This document shows, in pieces, positions 49,412 to 62,737 of a DNA stretch of 64,000 nucleotides. This DNA comes from Octopus sinensis (lineage: Eukaryota), in contig NC_042997.1 of NCBI RefSeq assembly GCF_006345805.1, forward strand, positions 127,162,001 through 127,226,000. Reading direction: 5' to 3'. The position numbers were made by a program, and so were the translations under genes. Numbering within the stretch: the stretch's first letter is position 1; each line of letters starts with the position of its first letter. The notes beneath the pieces were generated by a model. The model was not told the DNA's origin. It saw nothing but the letters and a program-made list of their open reading frames with translations, and searched no databases.

Positions 49412-49822
49412 AGGCGTAGGTGCGGCTGTGTGGTAAGTAGCTTGCTTACCAACCACATGGTTCCGGGTTCAGTCTCACTGCGTGGCACCTTGGGCAAATG
49501 CCTTCTACTATAGCCTCGGGCCGACCAAAGCCTTGTGAGTGGATTTGGTAGACGGAAACTGAAAGAAGCCCCTCGTATATATATATATATATATTTATGG
49601 GTGTTTATATGTTTGTGTATCTGTTTGTCTCCCCAACATCGCTTGACAACCGATGCTGGTGTGGTTACGTCCTCGTAACTTAGCGGTTCGGCAAAAGAGA
49701 CCGATAGAATAAGTACTAGGCTTACAAATAATAAGTCCTGGAGTCGATTTGCTCGACTAAAGGCGGTGCTCCAGCATGGCCGCAGTCAAATGACTGAAAC
49801 AAGTAAAAGAGTAAAAGAGAGT
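49412..49822 (+). mobile_element. SINE family D, full length
   Basis: tRNA-like head, (TA)n interior, tail AAGGCGGTGCTCCAGCATGGCCGCAGTCAAATGACTGAAACAAGTAAAAGAG. Confidence 0.9.
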
Positions 49823-49829
49823 AAATGAG

Positions 49830-50202
49830 TACATACATACATACATACATACATACATACATACATACACACACATACATACATACATACATACATACAT
49901 ACATACACACATACATACATACATACATACATAAATACATACATACATACATGCATGCATACATACATAGATACATGCATACATACATAGATACATACAT
50001 ACATGCATGCATACATACATACATACATACATACATAGATACATACATACATGCATGCATACATACATACAAACATACATACATACATAGATACATACAT
50101 ACATGCATACATACATACATAGATACATACATACATGCATGCATACATACATACATACATAATATACATACATACATACATACATACATACATACATACA
50201 CA

Positions 50203-50232
<30 letters not shown>
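49830..50232. repeat. (TACA)n tract with recurring TAGA/TGCA variants
   Basis: ~400-bp tetranucleotide array. Confidence 0.9.
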
Positions 50233-50236
<4 letters not shown>

Positions 50237-50439
50237 AGGAGTCGGGAAGTTTGTGTGACAACATTTTTTTCCAGTTATTTACGTTGTCAATTCAAATTTC
50301 GTTACAGTCAAGTTTGTTAACCAACTACTTGTGTCGATGTAATCAACTAATCCCGACCCACAAATTTCAGGATTTGTGTTTCTACTCGAAACAATTACTT
50401 TTAATTGGCAGTAAGTTAAAAAAAAAAAGAAACTAACTC

Positions 50440-51030
50440 AAAAAACCGAGTGTTTGACGCATACGAGTTTCAGTTATATGAAGATTAAGACATTTATATT
50501 TCCACAAGGATCAGTCTGCTGTTGCTGTGTCATGCTCCCTTTTGATGGGGCAGGAGTCATCCCAGGTTAGTGGTCCCAGAGACTTCATCATGTATACAGC
50601 CAACCAGATTCACCAGTGCTTCCCATCGCTGGTGGTGCGGGGCCAGCCATAAGACCTCTGCCTGCCCACAGCTGCTGTATCGTAAAGCCCTGGTAGCATG
50701 ATCTCGCGGGAGACGGAGGACGATAACCAGAAAGGAGATAAAATGAGAAAACAAAAACTTGAGCTTGAAAGGGCTGTTTTGGCCCGTGTCGCTCATAAGG
50801 GCTGGCAGAGGTCTCGTGGCTGGCCCGGCACCGGCAGCGATGGGGAGGACTGGTGAATCTGGTCGGCTGTATACATGATGAAGTCTCTGGGATCACTAAC
50901 CTGGGATGACTCCAGCCCCATCAAAAGAGAGCATGACACAGCAGCAGCAGTCTGGTGCTTGTGGAAATATAAATGTCTTAATCTTCATACGACTGAAACT
51001 CGTATGCGTCAAACACTCGGTGTTTTTAGT
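50440..51030. repeat. Long foldback inverted repeat (~225-bp arms), MITE-like
   Basis: 50440-50663 is the imperfect reverse complement of 50803-51028. Confidence 0.85.
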
Positions 51031-51617
51031 AATTTTTTAAAAAACTTTCTGCAACAAAAGAACATAAATATAAGTGTTTTCTTTAAATTTACATTTCATA
51101 TTTTAAAAAATATCCGAAAGAAAAGCAGGTTCTGATCACCAGCTGATGATCAGAAATGAGTGGCTCAGAATAATAGGAATAAGAGTCTTTCTGTTATAAT
51201 GTATTATAGGATACTTTAGCTTGTATTGAGTCCTGCAATTTATTGCTTCCTGATGAATCAACAAAGATTTACACAGACACACACACACACATACATACAC
51301 ACACACGCGCATATTTTGTGTCTTGCTAGGGTGATTACACCTGTAATAATAACGCAAGGTACTGGTTCAATACTACGTCATTATTGTTAGTCAACTGGTT
51401 AAATATCTAACCGACTAACTAATCGATCATTTGTTTTATTGTGCTGGTTAAACAATCAATCGGTTGTTTGGGAACCAAAGTCCTTTTGTCGCTATTATTG
51501 GCGTAATGACCTTTCCAACACACAAGATTTGTTTCAATACACGAATTCACAGCAAAGAATCTTGCAAACCAATTACAAAAACCAAGTATATATTATATAT
51601 TTATATATTATGTATAG

Positions 51618-51733
<116 letters not shown>

Positions 51734-51739
51734 ATATAT

Positions 51740-51795
<56 letters not shown>

Positions 51796-51951
51796 TACAC
51801 ATATATTTATAAATAAATAAATATATATGTGTATATATATATATATATACATATACAAACATACGTACGTATATATTTGTGTACATATATATATATGTAT
51901 ATGTATTATATGTATATGTATACATACATATATACATACATATATACATAC

Positions 51952-51984
<33 letters not shown>

Positions 51985-52043
51985 ATGAGTAAGTAGAGCT
52001 AACTATGGATTATATCGTCTTAAAAAGAAAAGGATGTAATATT

Positions 52044-52246
52044 GGTTTCAAATTTTGACTCAACGTCAGCAATTTCGGGGTAATGGGTATATCGATTATA
52101 TTGAATCCATTATTCATCTGGTACTTATTGTATGGACCCCGAAAGGATGAAAGCCGAAGTAGGAATTTGAACTCAGATTGTAAATCTGATGAAGCATTTT
52201 GCATTTTGCCCTGCGTGCTAATGATTCTGCCAACTCGACGCCTTAA
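52044..52246 (-). mobile_element. SINE family A (tail B) with 13-bp TSD
   Basis: AGGATGTAATATT at 52031-52043 and 52248-52260. Confidence 0.8.
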
Positions 52247-52268
52247 GAGGATGTAATATTAACATTGA

Positions 52269-52471
52269 AGGCGAGCTGGAAGAGTCGTTAGCACACCGGG
52301 CGAAATACTTGACGGTATTTCGTTTGTCTTTACGTTCTGAGTTAAAATTTCGCCTAGGTCAACTTTGCCTTTCACCTTTCTGGGATAAATAAAATAATTA
52401 GCAGTTAGCACTGAGGTCGATGTAATCGACTTAGCCCCAAAACTGCTGGCCTTGTGCCATATTTGAAACCA
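52269..52471 (+). mobile_element. SINE family A (tail B)
   Basis: Head, core and GGCCTTGTGCCATATTTGAAACC tail. Confidence 0.8.
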
Positions 52472-52504
52472 TTATTTACATTAACGATATGAACTTGAAC
52501 TAAG

Positions 52505-53900
52505 TAACGGGTCCTGATGGTTTACCAGAGGCTCTTAAAAACAGGGAAGAAAACTATGGTAAAGGCTCTGCAAACTCCTGACTTGCAGCACGGCTTCCAT
52601 TTATGTAGATGCTGTCTCAGTTATCTACTAAGACTAGGCACTGAAAAAACAGAAACTGTTCATTTAATTGTGGAAATGATATATCTCGACTTTGCATAGA
52701 ACTTAGATAACAGAATGAGTTATCACAAACTGCGTTACCTTGCCATAGTTGGGAAACTAGAGAAGTTGCTGTATACAGAAGTAATACGAGGGTTTTTCCT
52801 AAAGAAACCAGAATATTGCAATGTTTATTCACTTAGTTTTACATGTTTACACTTCTATCGCTTTCAAAGTGTTCTCCATTTGAAGCAATCCATCGGTCTA
52901 GACGGGTTTTTCACTGTTCGAAGCAGTGCAGGAACTCTTACGAAGTGATACATATTAACGCCTCCATCGTTTTATACTTCACTTCTTCCACATCTGCTAA
53001 TTCCGTAGCACCAGTCTTCATCACCAGTGATGACCTTTGAAAAAGAGGATCAACTTCCAACTGTTCTTTCAGTTCACGACACGCATTCAGTCGTGACTGC
53101 TCTTGATCTTCCTTGAGCAAGCGAGGCACAAATTTTGCTGCATTGTTTTTCATTCATAATTCCTGTCTCAAAATTCGTTAGGAGAAGCTCCAGGATACAC
53201 GAGTCATATCAACAAGTTCGTCAACTGTTCAGTGATGGTTTTCCAAGATCATTTCAAGAATTTTCGCGATGTTTTCATTCGTTCGAGTGGTTGATGGTTG
53301 TCCTGAACGAGGTTGGTCTTTAAGCGACAAGTGACCATTCCTAAAGCATGGAAACCACTCGTAAACTTTGTGTTTTGCTCATGGCAGCGCCCTTGTAAGC
53401 TGTTTCAAGTATGACAACTGCTTCGGTGGCCGTTTTTCCCAGGAGAAAACAGAATTTCACGGAAGCACGCTGTCTCCTCGTTTCAGCCATTGCAAAAATG
53501 GACGAACAGGGGAGAAGCACTACTACAGACAGAAGCACCACGTGGCTACAATGGACGACTATAATGGACGACGCCGGTTGGCAAACTGATGCCTGAGGAT
53601 CGCACCAGGTGGCTTCTAGCGGCGAAAGCCCAAACTACAACAGGCTTTTCCCACAGAGAACGTTTACGGTTACTTTGGGGTACCCCATTGTCGGTAGTAG
53701 CAGCCAACACTACTTTCTCCGAGAGGGCATCACTTCTAAGCGGAAGTCCCTACGTGAAATATACTGGGACCACTACCCTTTGTGACAATATTCTCAGACA
53801 GGAAAAAGCTGGCCTTGCTGAGAACATTTTTACACAGTTGCTTGGGCCGCTGCTCCCAGTTATGGAGTCACTTAGAGTCAAACTAACAGTGGAAATCAAA
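52505..53900 (+). mobile_element. Decayed CR1-type RT, split by a mariner
   Basis: GPDG, LQHGFHLCRCCLSYLL, VEMIYLDFA and HKLRYLAIVGKL before 52785; VVAANTTFSERASLLSGSP..LLGPLL after 53692. Confidence 0.7.
52785..53692 (-). mobile_element. Internally deleted mariner
   Basis: QRASVKFCFLLGKTATEAVVILETAY and AAKFVPRLLKEDQEQSRLNACRELKE; degenerate TIRs; same family as 62738-64000. Confidence 0.8.
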
Positions 53901-54016
53901 GCAATCCAACGCTGTTACACCAAGAAATGATGCCTCGGTGCAATAGATAAGTTGCGGGGAGAGGCTTTCTCACTCTCTTTCTCTACCCTCTCTCTCTCTC
54001 TCGCTCTCTCTCTATA

Positions 54017-54536
54017 TCTATATAATACTAAAAGTCTGTGATTGCTTGCTTGTGTGCTTGTCTGTAATTCAATATAGCGCATAATGGGAAAATACTTTGA
54101 AAGTAAGGTACCCTAAAATGTGAATATAAACAGAATAAAACAAGTTTCGCAAATATCGGTCCACGGATTCTTGAGATACGAGGTTTTGGGGGGTTTGTTT
54201 CCACAAACTTAAGCAGTGAAACCAGGAATTATTGCCCTTTAGTGAATACCTGGAGAGTTTTGTTTGCGTGTGTGCTTGTCTGTAATTTAATACAGCCAAA
54301 GCGGTGCAAAATGGCAGAATACTCTGAAAGTAAGGTGCCCCTGAAATGGGAATACAAATGGAATAAGCCAAATTTCGCGTAAATTAGACCACGAGATCCC
54401 GAGACACGCAGTTTTTTCGGATACCTTTATAAATAGCCAAACCGGCACATAGTGGGAAATACTCTGAAAGTAAGGTACCATTAAAATATGCACCTAAACG
54501 GAATAAAATTTCGCGTAAGTCGGAGCACGGGTTCCC
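54017..54536 (+). mobile_element. Putative non-autonomous Helitron 5' end with three diverged internal repeats
   Basis: A|TCTATATAATACTAAAAG start; AATACT(T/C)TGAAAGTAAGGT(A/G)CC..GAATAA..TTTCGC recurs at ~54090, ~54318 and ~54457. Confidence 0.5.
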
Positions 54537-55257
54537 GATCTGTAACGATGAGATTGAAACAATAGACCACCTAATCTCAGGGTGTAGAGTCTTAGCACCT
54601 GCAGAATATAAAGCAAGACATGACAGAGTCGGCCAGTATTTACATTGGACGATATGTCGGTATTATAAAATCAAAACCGCTGACAAATGGTATAAACACC
54701 ATCCTGAAGCTGTGACTGAGGGAGAACATGTGTCGATTTTATGGGACTTCCCCGTACAGACCGAAAAGACTATAAAATCCAATAAACCGAATATTATTAT
54801 AAAGGATCAGACAAAAACGAAGTGTTTATTAATTGGCATGAGTATTTCTTGCGATCACAATATAGCGGCGAAAGAATTTGACAAGATTAGTAAATATAAA
54901 GACCTGCTAATGGAAATTGAAAACATGTGGCATCCCAGGGCGACTACAGTACCAGTGATCGTAGGATCTCTAGGAGTCATAAAAAAAGGCACTGAAACCT
55001 ATTTAAAGATGATTCCAGGCTTACTATCCCTACAGGAAGTGCAAAAAATCGTATTAACTGGAACGGCTCATGTACTGAGAAGAGCATTATCACTGTGAAA
55101 ACAACATCCATCCATGAATTTATTTATTTATTAATTTTTAAATACATATTTTATCTGTGAATTTGCGTGTGTAATCTGGGAATGCATACAATGAGCTTCT
55201 CTGTCCTAGGTGTATGGAAAACACTCGGCGAGAAACGGAAGAAAATTTGAAGAAAGA
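54537..55257 (+). mobile_element. 5'-truncated R4/Dong-type non-LTR element (CCHC plus RLE) followed by (TAA)n
   Basis: CNDEIETIDHLISGC, RHDRV, ILWDFPVQT..NKPNII..KISKYKDL..VPVIVGSLG; (AAT)n at 55257-55408. Confidence 0.88.
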
Positions 55258-55263
55258 ATAATA

Positions 55264-55307
<44 letters not shown>

Positions 55308-55474
55308 TAATAATAATAATTATATTAATAATAATAATAATAATAATATATAATAATAATAATATATAATAATAATAATAATATAATAATAATAATAATA
55401 ATATAATATGAGGGAATATTATTCCAACTTACAAGGAAAAATTCAATTTAGAAATACTAAATCAAATTTCACAA

Positions 55475-55509
<35 letters not shown>

Positions 55510-55513
<4 letters not shown>

Positions 55514-55765
55514 TAGAAAAAGACCATCTTTTATCAATTCAATATTGAAAAACTAAATTATACCATTTAGAAAAATTACATATAGAAAGATTAAATATAA
55601 GATAAAAACCAAATAAATACGTTTTATTTATTATTTTGCACATTACTTAATCATCGTTATATATTTTATCTGATATTTAATCTTTCTATAATATGTAATT
55701 TTTCTAAATGGTATAATTTAATTTTTCATTTTTGAATTGATAAAAGGTGTTTTCATTTGTAATTT
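55510..55765. repeat. AT-rich inverted repeat within (TA)n
   Basis: 55510-55610 is the reverse complement of ~55660-55765. Confidence 0.75.
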
Positions 55766-55849
55766 ATATATATATGTGTGTGTGTGTGTGTTTGTGTGTA
55801 TGTGTGTCTGTCTGTCTGTCTGTCTGTGTGTATGAAATTTTGAATTTAA

Positions 55850-55918
55850 TTGATTAGACCCCCAGTGCTACCTTTGCGGACTACCAGGGATCCGCACACC
55901 CCAGGTTGGGAACCACTG
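55850..55918. mobile_element. hAT (Charlie-like) terminal fragment
   Basis: ..GGTTGGGAACCACTG followed by GTCTAGAA (NTCTAGAN-type target); other end not found. Confidence 0.5.
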
Positions 55919-56364
55919 GTCTAGAACTGACTTTAGGATTGAAAGCTACACCGATACACGAACTGGACACCACTGCATAATACTAAAGGCACCACTCTCT
56001 CCATCTAAAGAAAAACCTCAGTGATGACTGGATCTTTTATTTTCATGTATTTATATATATATCCAGACATATATATTATTTCTGCATACACACAGAAATG
56101 GTTTCACATATGATTTTCAAAAATCTATGCTGCGTGGAGCTGAGACGCAACCTCTGTCTTTTCTGGACGTTGTTCTAAAAATTCATTTATTTTCATAGAA
56201 AGAATATGGCTCAGATGGTTGTCAGTAAACACAAAGACTGATTAGTTGAGGATTGTCACGTGATGAGGTAAGCGAATTTTCCGTTAGTTTTTGCGCTACG
56301 GCCATGAGTCACATGACTACCGTGCGAGAAGGTCACGTCAAAGCTTTCCTTCAGCCGATATGTT

Positions 56365-57400
56365 ATATGATAGTCAAACTGTAGCTATGAAAGGAGAATG
56401 CTGCATTCCAATGTAGAGCTGTTTTAGCTGTTTGATTGTGTCCAGTAACTGTGTTAGCAGCTTTTGGGTGTATCATAACTAATTCTTCAATGTTTATTGC
56501 TTTGGCGCGTTCTGTCTCATTTTCTGTCAGTGTAGACGAGTGCTTTGTTTCATGTAGTGCCTGCATTAATTCCAGGAGTCTTTTATTCTGAATTTCCGGA
56601 TTTGAGTAATTTGTTTTCAGTGCGTTGCTTTGTAGTAGATGTCAGTTCCTGTTCGTGTCATCCTTTATGATCAAAATATCATGGAAGGATTGCTGCTTTT
56701 GGCTATATTCTATCGTAAAGGGAGAACTGTTATTGATGCTATTGAATCCATCGAAGGTGAATGTTTACAGAACGAGGCAGTTATCTAAGTACAGTTTCCA
56801 ATTTTTCAACAGATATTTTTGGAAGTTGACACATTTTGTTTTCGCTTCTTCATGCAGCTGAACTTCTAGATATGCCATGACTAAGTTGGTGTTATTGGGG
56901 CAACTTTTCTGCCCATTGCAGTCCCTGATATCTGCTGAAAGGCGTTTTCTTCGAAAATGAATTTGTTTTGAAGAATGAGTTTAAATCCGTCTGTGATGAA
57001 TTTTTTATCTATTCTATCATTCGATCCGGAATTTCATCAAGGAATTTTTTCAATCAAAAGACATTTGGCTCCAATACGTACTCGTGTGGGATGGTAGTAT
57101 AAGGATTTACTACATCGAGTGAAGCGATAATGGTATCCCTGTTAACTTATTCGGGAAGTAGTTTAATAGGTCTAGGTTATACCTTATAAAACTTAGTAAT
57201 TATCTTAAGAAAGCTCTTAATTACACTTTAATTTGGGGCGTAGCAAATTTCTGTTTATCTTCCTTCGATTTTCACTAACTCCTCTTTATCATTCACTAAG
57301 TCCTCTTTGCCTGTGCGTGTATATGGATAGTGTTTATTATTTTGTCTAATCTAGCACAGGGACCAGCACTTCCTCGCTCACAAACCGAGCACTCATTTAT
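56365..57400 (-). mobile_element. Decayed PLE RT remnant
   Basis: DTIIASLDVVNPYTTIPHE, GTAMG..NLVMAYLE, WKLYLDN and TDIYYK in shifting frames. Confidence 0.7.
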
Positions 57401-58212
57401 TTCTTTGTAATGATTCCCTATCTCTTTCTTTCTTTCTCTCTTTCTCTCTCCCTCCACACACACACACACACACATATGCTCAGTAAATACAATATATTAA
57501 AATAAATGGAGAACTTTAAGAACCAAATAATTATTTCTTATTCACTTGAGACATTTCAGCAATTTTCAGCTATAGGTTATTCATAATGATTATGCACTCT
57601 AAACAGTTTAAAATTTACATTTCTTTTTCAACCGTGTTGTCTACATTTTGATAAGAAAGACTGAATCATTCGCTAACACATTATATGTAAAACAAAGTTG
57701 TCATCACGTCTTGGTTAAATAATATAATAGATGTTTACACAGGTACTGAACACCACCAAAAGGCAAAAACAGTCCTAAATTCGGACATGGTTTCACCTTT
57801 GATAGCTTTTGTTTTAACTTATATGACATATCCACTGCACAAAGCTTTAAAGTGACCTTCTCACGCGGCAATCACATGACCCTAACACGCAGACGTAGAA
57901 CAAAAGCCGACTGAAACTTCGTTTACATCACAATATGACCATCCTCAGCCAATCAGTCTGTGCGTTAACCGACGACGATTGAATCAAATTATCTGTGTGT
58001 GTGTGTGTGTGCATGTATGTGTGTGTGTGTCTATGTGTGTGAGTGTGTGTGCGTGCATGTGCGTATTTGTGTGTGTGTATGACATAATATATAATATAAT
58101 TTCATAATACATATATAATGTATATAGGCATATGGATATAAATACCACATACCACCCAAAAACACACACTCACACAAACACACACGCACACACACACACA
58201 TACATGAATATA

Positions 58213-58610
58213 TTCTCTTCTACTCTAGGCACAAGGCCCGAAATATTTGGGGAGGGTGTCAGTCGATTACATCGACTCCAGTACGCAACTGGTACTTAAT
58301 TTATCGACCCCTAAAGGATGAAAGGCAAAGTCGACCTCGGCGGAATTTGAACTCAGAACGTAAAGACAGACAAAATACCTATTTCTTTATTACTTACAAG
58401 GGGCTAAACACAGAGGGGACAAACAAGGAGGACAGACATAGGTATTAAGTCGATTACACCGACCCCAGTGCGTAACTGGTACTTCAATTTATCGACCCCG
58501 AAAGGATGAAAGGCAAAGTCGACCTCGGCGGAATTTGAACTCAGAACGTAAAGACAGACGAAATACCGCTAAGCATTTTGCCCAGTGTGCTAACGTTTCT
58601 GCAAGCTCAC
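58213..58610 (-). mobile_element. SINE family A, dimeric (tail A then tail B)
   Basis: Same layout as 33236-33630. Confidence 0.88.
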
Positions 58611-58904
58611 CGTATATTCAATAAAGCTATTGAAATGTATCCTGTGTTCATTTCCAGCTGCATTTATTTCTGTATATCAGCTGCTTGGATTATTCAAGAT
58701 ACATACATACATGTGCATACCCAGACATACAGAAAGACACACACACATAGACACACAGACACACGCACAGACACGCACACACACACATACATACATACAT
58801 ACATACATACATACATACATACATACATACATACATACATACATACATACATAAATACATACATACATACATACACATATACATACATATGTGCATAACA
58901 TCAT

Positions 58905-59210
58905 GAGACTTGGAAAGCAGTTGTTTGAGCAACATTTCTGATACTCTTAAATACATGTCCAGTAGAGTTGCGGAAATCAACTGCCCAGCGGATGTTGACA
59001 AAGTTAAAGATCAGCGCAAAGGAGATTACATCTGCAGTTACTCTATCCAGATTATAAGTTCAAGTTTATATACCAGTAATTACTGGGGCCCTGGAATATG
59101 TAACACACTGCCTAAATGTCAATCTTGAGAAATTAGGCTTCTCAAAACCAAAAGGGAAAAAGGTGATTCGAAGACTACAGATCCAGTCCATCAACAGAAC
59201 TGTAAAAATT
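58905..59210 (+). mobile_element. RLE non-LTR 3' remnant, distinct family
   Basis: EINCPAD..YPDYKFKFIPVITGALEYVTHCL..LEKLGF..IRRLQIQSI. Confidence 0.55.
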
Positions 59211-59526
59211 TATGTGATAAGGAAGAAAGAAAAGTCAAGAGATATGACAGGTTAGCTTGGGAAGTCAAGCAGTTGTGGTCGATGAAAAAGGTAGCAGTAG
59301 TACCAATAATTGTCGGAGCCCAGGGAACAGTGAGCAAAAATCTCGAGAAGTACATGGAATAAATAGGGGCTGCAATAAGGGTGGAGTACTTGCAGAAAAC
59401 AGCACTACTCGGAACCGCTCGAATACTCCGGAAGGTGCTCGAAAAATAAGAGGTGTTACCTTAGTTCACTGGTAGTGAACAGCTAACACTGTTATACATC
59501 TCCAGCGTTAGAAGCTGTGCAAAGGC

Positions 59527-59527
<1 letters not shown>
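59211..59527 (+). mobile_element. R4/Dong-type 3' fragment followed by (TAA)n
   Basis: KVKRYDRLAWEVKQLWSMKKVAVVPIIVGA..LQKTALLGTARILRKVL. Confidence 0.8.
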
Positions 59528-59588
<61 letters not shown>

Positions 59589-59609
59589 TAATAATAATAA
59601 TAATAATAA

Positions 59610-60082
59610 ATCGACATGAGCATCCCCTGTGATCATAATAATCGACATGAGCATCCCCTGTGATCATAATATCTCAGCGAAAGAGTTTGACAAGCTCAGA
59701 AAATATAAAGACCTACTCATTGAAATTGAGAAAATGTGGCATCTCAAGGCGGTTACAATACCAGTGATCGTAGGAGCACTAGGAATGATCAAGAAGGGAA
59801 CCGAAAATTGAGAATGATCCCTGGCTTACCATCCCTGCAAGAAGTGCAAAAGATTGTCTTAACTGGTACATCACACGTATTGAGAAGAGCATTGTCGATG
59901 TGAGAACTGTTGCTGCTCATGCATTTTAATTTAACTTAAAAAAAAAAAAAAAAAAAAAAAATGAACGAACTACTGAGTTTGGTTTAATGGCCTCCCAATA
60001 TACACTATGAGTTTCTTTGCCCTAGGAGTCGGGAAGACACTCGGCAAGAAATGGAAGAAAATTTGAAAGAAGAAAAAAAAAG
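59610..60082 (+). mobile_element. R4/Dong-type 3' fragment in (TAA)n
   Basis: IDMSIPCDHNISAKEFDKLRKYKDLLIEIEKMWHLKAVTIPVIVGALG; related to the copies at 54537 and 61061. Confidence 0.85.
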
Positions 60083-60084
60083 TA

Positions 60085-60172
<88 letters not shown>

Positions 60173-60261
60173 TGGGTATATTGGGGTTCGTATATTTTAC
60201 CCCAGTGTCACTTTGATGGCATGAACTGCTCTCTCACTCAATAATAATAATAATAATAATA

Positions 60262-60981
60262 AAACAAAATGAAATCATTGATCATGTAGTCTCCAAGTGC
60301 AGTCTTCTTGCGCCTACAGAGTATCTCAACAGGCATGATAGAGCTGCACAATATATTCACTGGGTAATCTGCAAAAACCTGGATTTGCCCCATGAGAAAA
60401 ACTGGTGGGAAAACAAACCACCTCCAGTGCTTGAAAATGACCACATCTCACTCCTCTGGAACTTCCCCATTCGAACTGACAGAAAGATAGATGCAAATAG
60501 GCCAGACATCATATTGAAAGACTTCAAACAAAGAACATGCCTCCTCATTGATATGACTGTCCCAATCGATATAAACGTATCTGTCAAGATATACCAGAAA
60601 CTGAGCAAATATAAAGATCTTGAAATAGAAATCAGCAAAATGTGGAACCTGAAAACTAAAACAATACCTGTTGTCATAGGTGCCCTGGGAATGATAGCAA
60701 AAGGGGCTGATAGCTACCTAACTCAGATACCAGGAAACCCAAAAATGGCAGAAATTCAAAAGATAGTGCTCAAGGGAACTGCTCATATCCTACGCAAAAT
60801 ACTCTCTATGTAATCTCAAACAAACATTTTTTTTAGACATCCACCAGTACAACACAAAAAACAACCAAATATATGGCACACTAGGCATAACAACAACGTG
60901 AACTTCCAACCTGCTGTCTCCTGAGGTCTCCGGGTGAGACTTGGAACCAACTTGTACAAATATAAAGCAAAAGTCAAACAT
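60262..60981 (+). mobile_element. R4/Dong-type 3' fragment (CCHC plus RLE) in (TAA)n
   Basis: IDHVVSKC..RHDRAA..LWNFPIRTDRKIDANRPDIILKD..LIDMTVP..KLSKYKDLEIEI. Confidence 0.88.
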
Positions 60982-60996
60982 ATAATAATAATAATA

Positions 60997-61052
<56 letters not shown>

Positions 61053-61060
61053 TAATAATA

Positions 61061-62255
61061 GCTTCAATGTGCTTAACTGGAATACCAGTAAAATAATGAA
61101 AATTGACAGAAAAATCCGCAAGCTATTGACTTGTAATAAGATGCACCATCCAAAGGCAGACGTGGATCGTCTTTACCTTCCCAGAGCTCAAGGAGGACGA
61201 GGTTTGATCCAGCTTGAACTTACGTACAAAACCACCACAAAGGAAATGCGCTAACTGCTGCTACAAAGAAAATAAAATTGATTGCAAAGACAAAAGCGCA
61301 TGAAAAATTAGGTAGCAGATAGGAACAGAAACCTCTCCATGGCAAGTATGTGGCCCGTAGCAAACGAGCTGATGTCGACCAGAAACACACGCACCAATGG
61401 TTAAGAAGCTCAAGGCTAAAAGCGGAGAGTGAGGGTTTCATATCAGCTGCTCAAGACCAATGCTTATTAACCCGGTGCTGACCCAATGGTGCTGACCCAA
61501 TGGTGCTGACCCAAAATGCCGATTCTGTAACGATGAGATTGAAACAATAGACCACCTAATCTCAGGGTGTAGAGTCTTAGCACCTGTAGAATATAAAGCA
61601 AGACATGACAGAGTTGGCCAGTATTTACACTGGACAATATGTCGGCATTATAAAATCAAAACCGCAGAAAAATGGTATAAGCACCATCCTTAAGATGACT
61701 GAGGGAGAAAATGTGTCAATTCTGTGGGACTTCCCCGCACATACCGACAGAACTATAAAAGCTAATAAAGCGGATATTATCATAAAAGATCAGACAAAAA
61801 GGATGTTTTTATTAATTGACATGAGTATTCCTTGGGATCACAATATAGCGGCGAAAGAATTTGACAAGATTAGTAAATATAAGGAGTTGCTAATGGAAAT
61901 TGAAAAAATGTGGCATCTCAGAGCGACTACCGTACCAGTGATTGTGGGATCTCTAGGAATGATAAAAAAGGGTACTGAAACCTATTTGAAAACGATACCA
62001 GGTTTACCATCCCTACAGGAAGTTCAAAAGATCGTGTTGACTGGAACGGTTCATGCACTGAGAAGAGCATTATCGATGTGAAAACAACATCCATTCATGA
62101 ATTTATTTATTCATTAATTTTTTTAATTCATATTTTACCTATGAATTTGCGTGTGTAATCTGGGAATGCATACAATGAGCTTCTCTGCCCTAGGTTTACG
62201 GAAAACACTCGGCGAGAAACGGAAGAAAATTTGAAGAAAGAAGGAAAAAAGAAAT
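61061..62255 (+). mobile_element. R4/Dong-type 3' fragment (post-RT, CCHC, RLE)
   Basis: IDRKIRKLLTCNKMHHPKADVDRLYLPRAQGGRGL, EGFISAAQDQ, CRFC..HLISGC, RLE domain; preceded by (TAA)n. Confidence 0.9.
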
Positions 62256-62514
62256 AGTAATAACATCGAAAAATGCCTTAGGAATGAGAACCCCTGCCGA
62301 AACGTTGTGTTAACAACAAACAAGATGAGGACAAATATCCGTCAAATGTAAATAATGTATATATGAGCATGTCTAGATATGCAGCTATATGCATGAGAAT
62401 ACATGCATAAAACAAAACATAAAAATCTGCACATACATACATACATTCATACATACATACATACATAAATACATAATACATACATTCATGCATACATAAA
62501 TACATACGTACATA

Positions 62515-62548
<34 letters not shown>

Positions 62549-62737
62549 CATACATACATACATGCATACATAAATACATACATACATACATACATACATA
62601 CGTACATACATACATACATACAAACAAACAAGATACCCTGTTGTTGATGTTGAAATTCCAGTGAAGGCGCCTTGGATCTAGTTTAGAAACCGACTCTATT
62701 GGCAAGAAATTTTGAAATATGTATATGTATATGTGTA

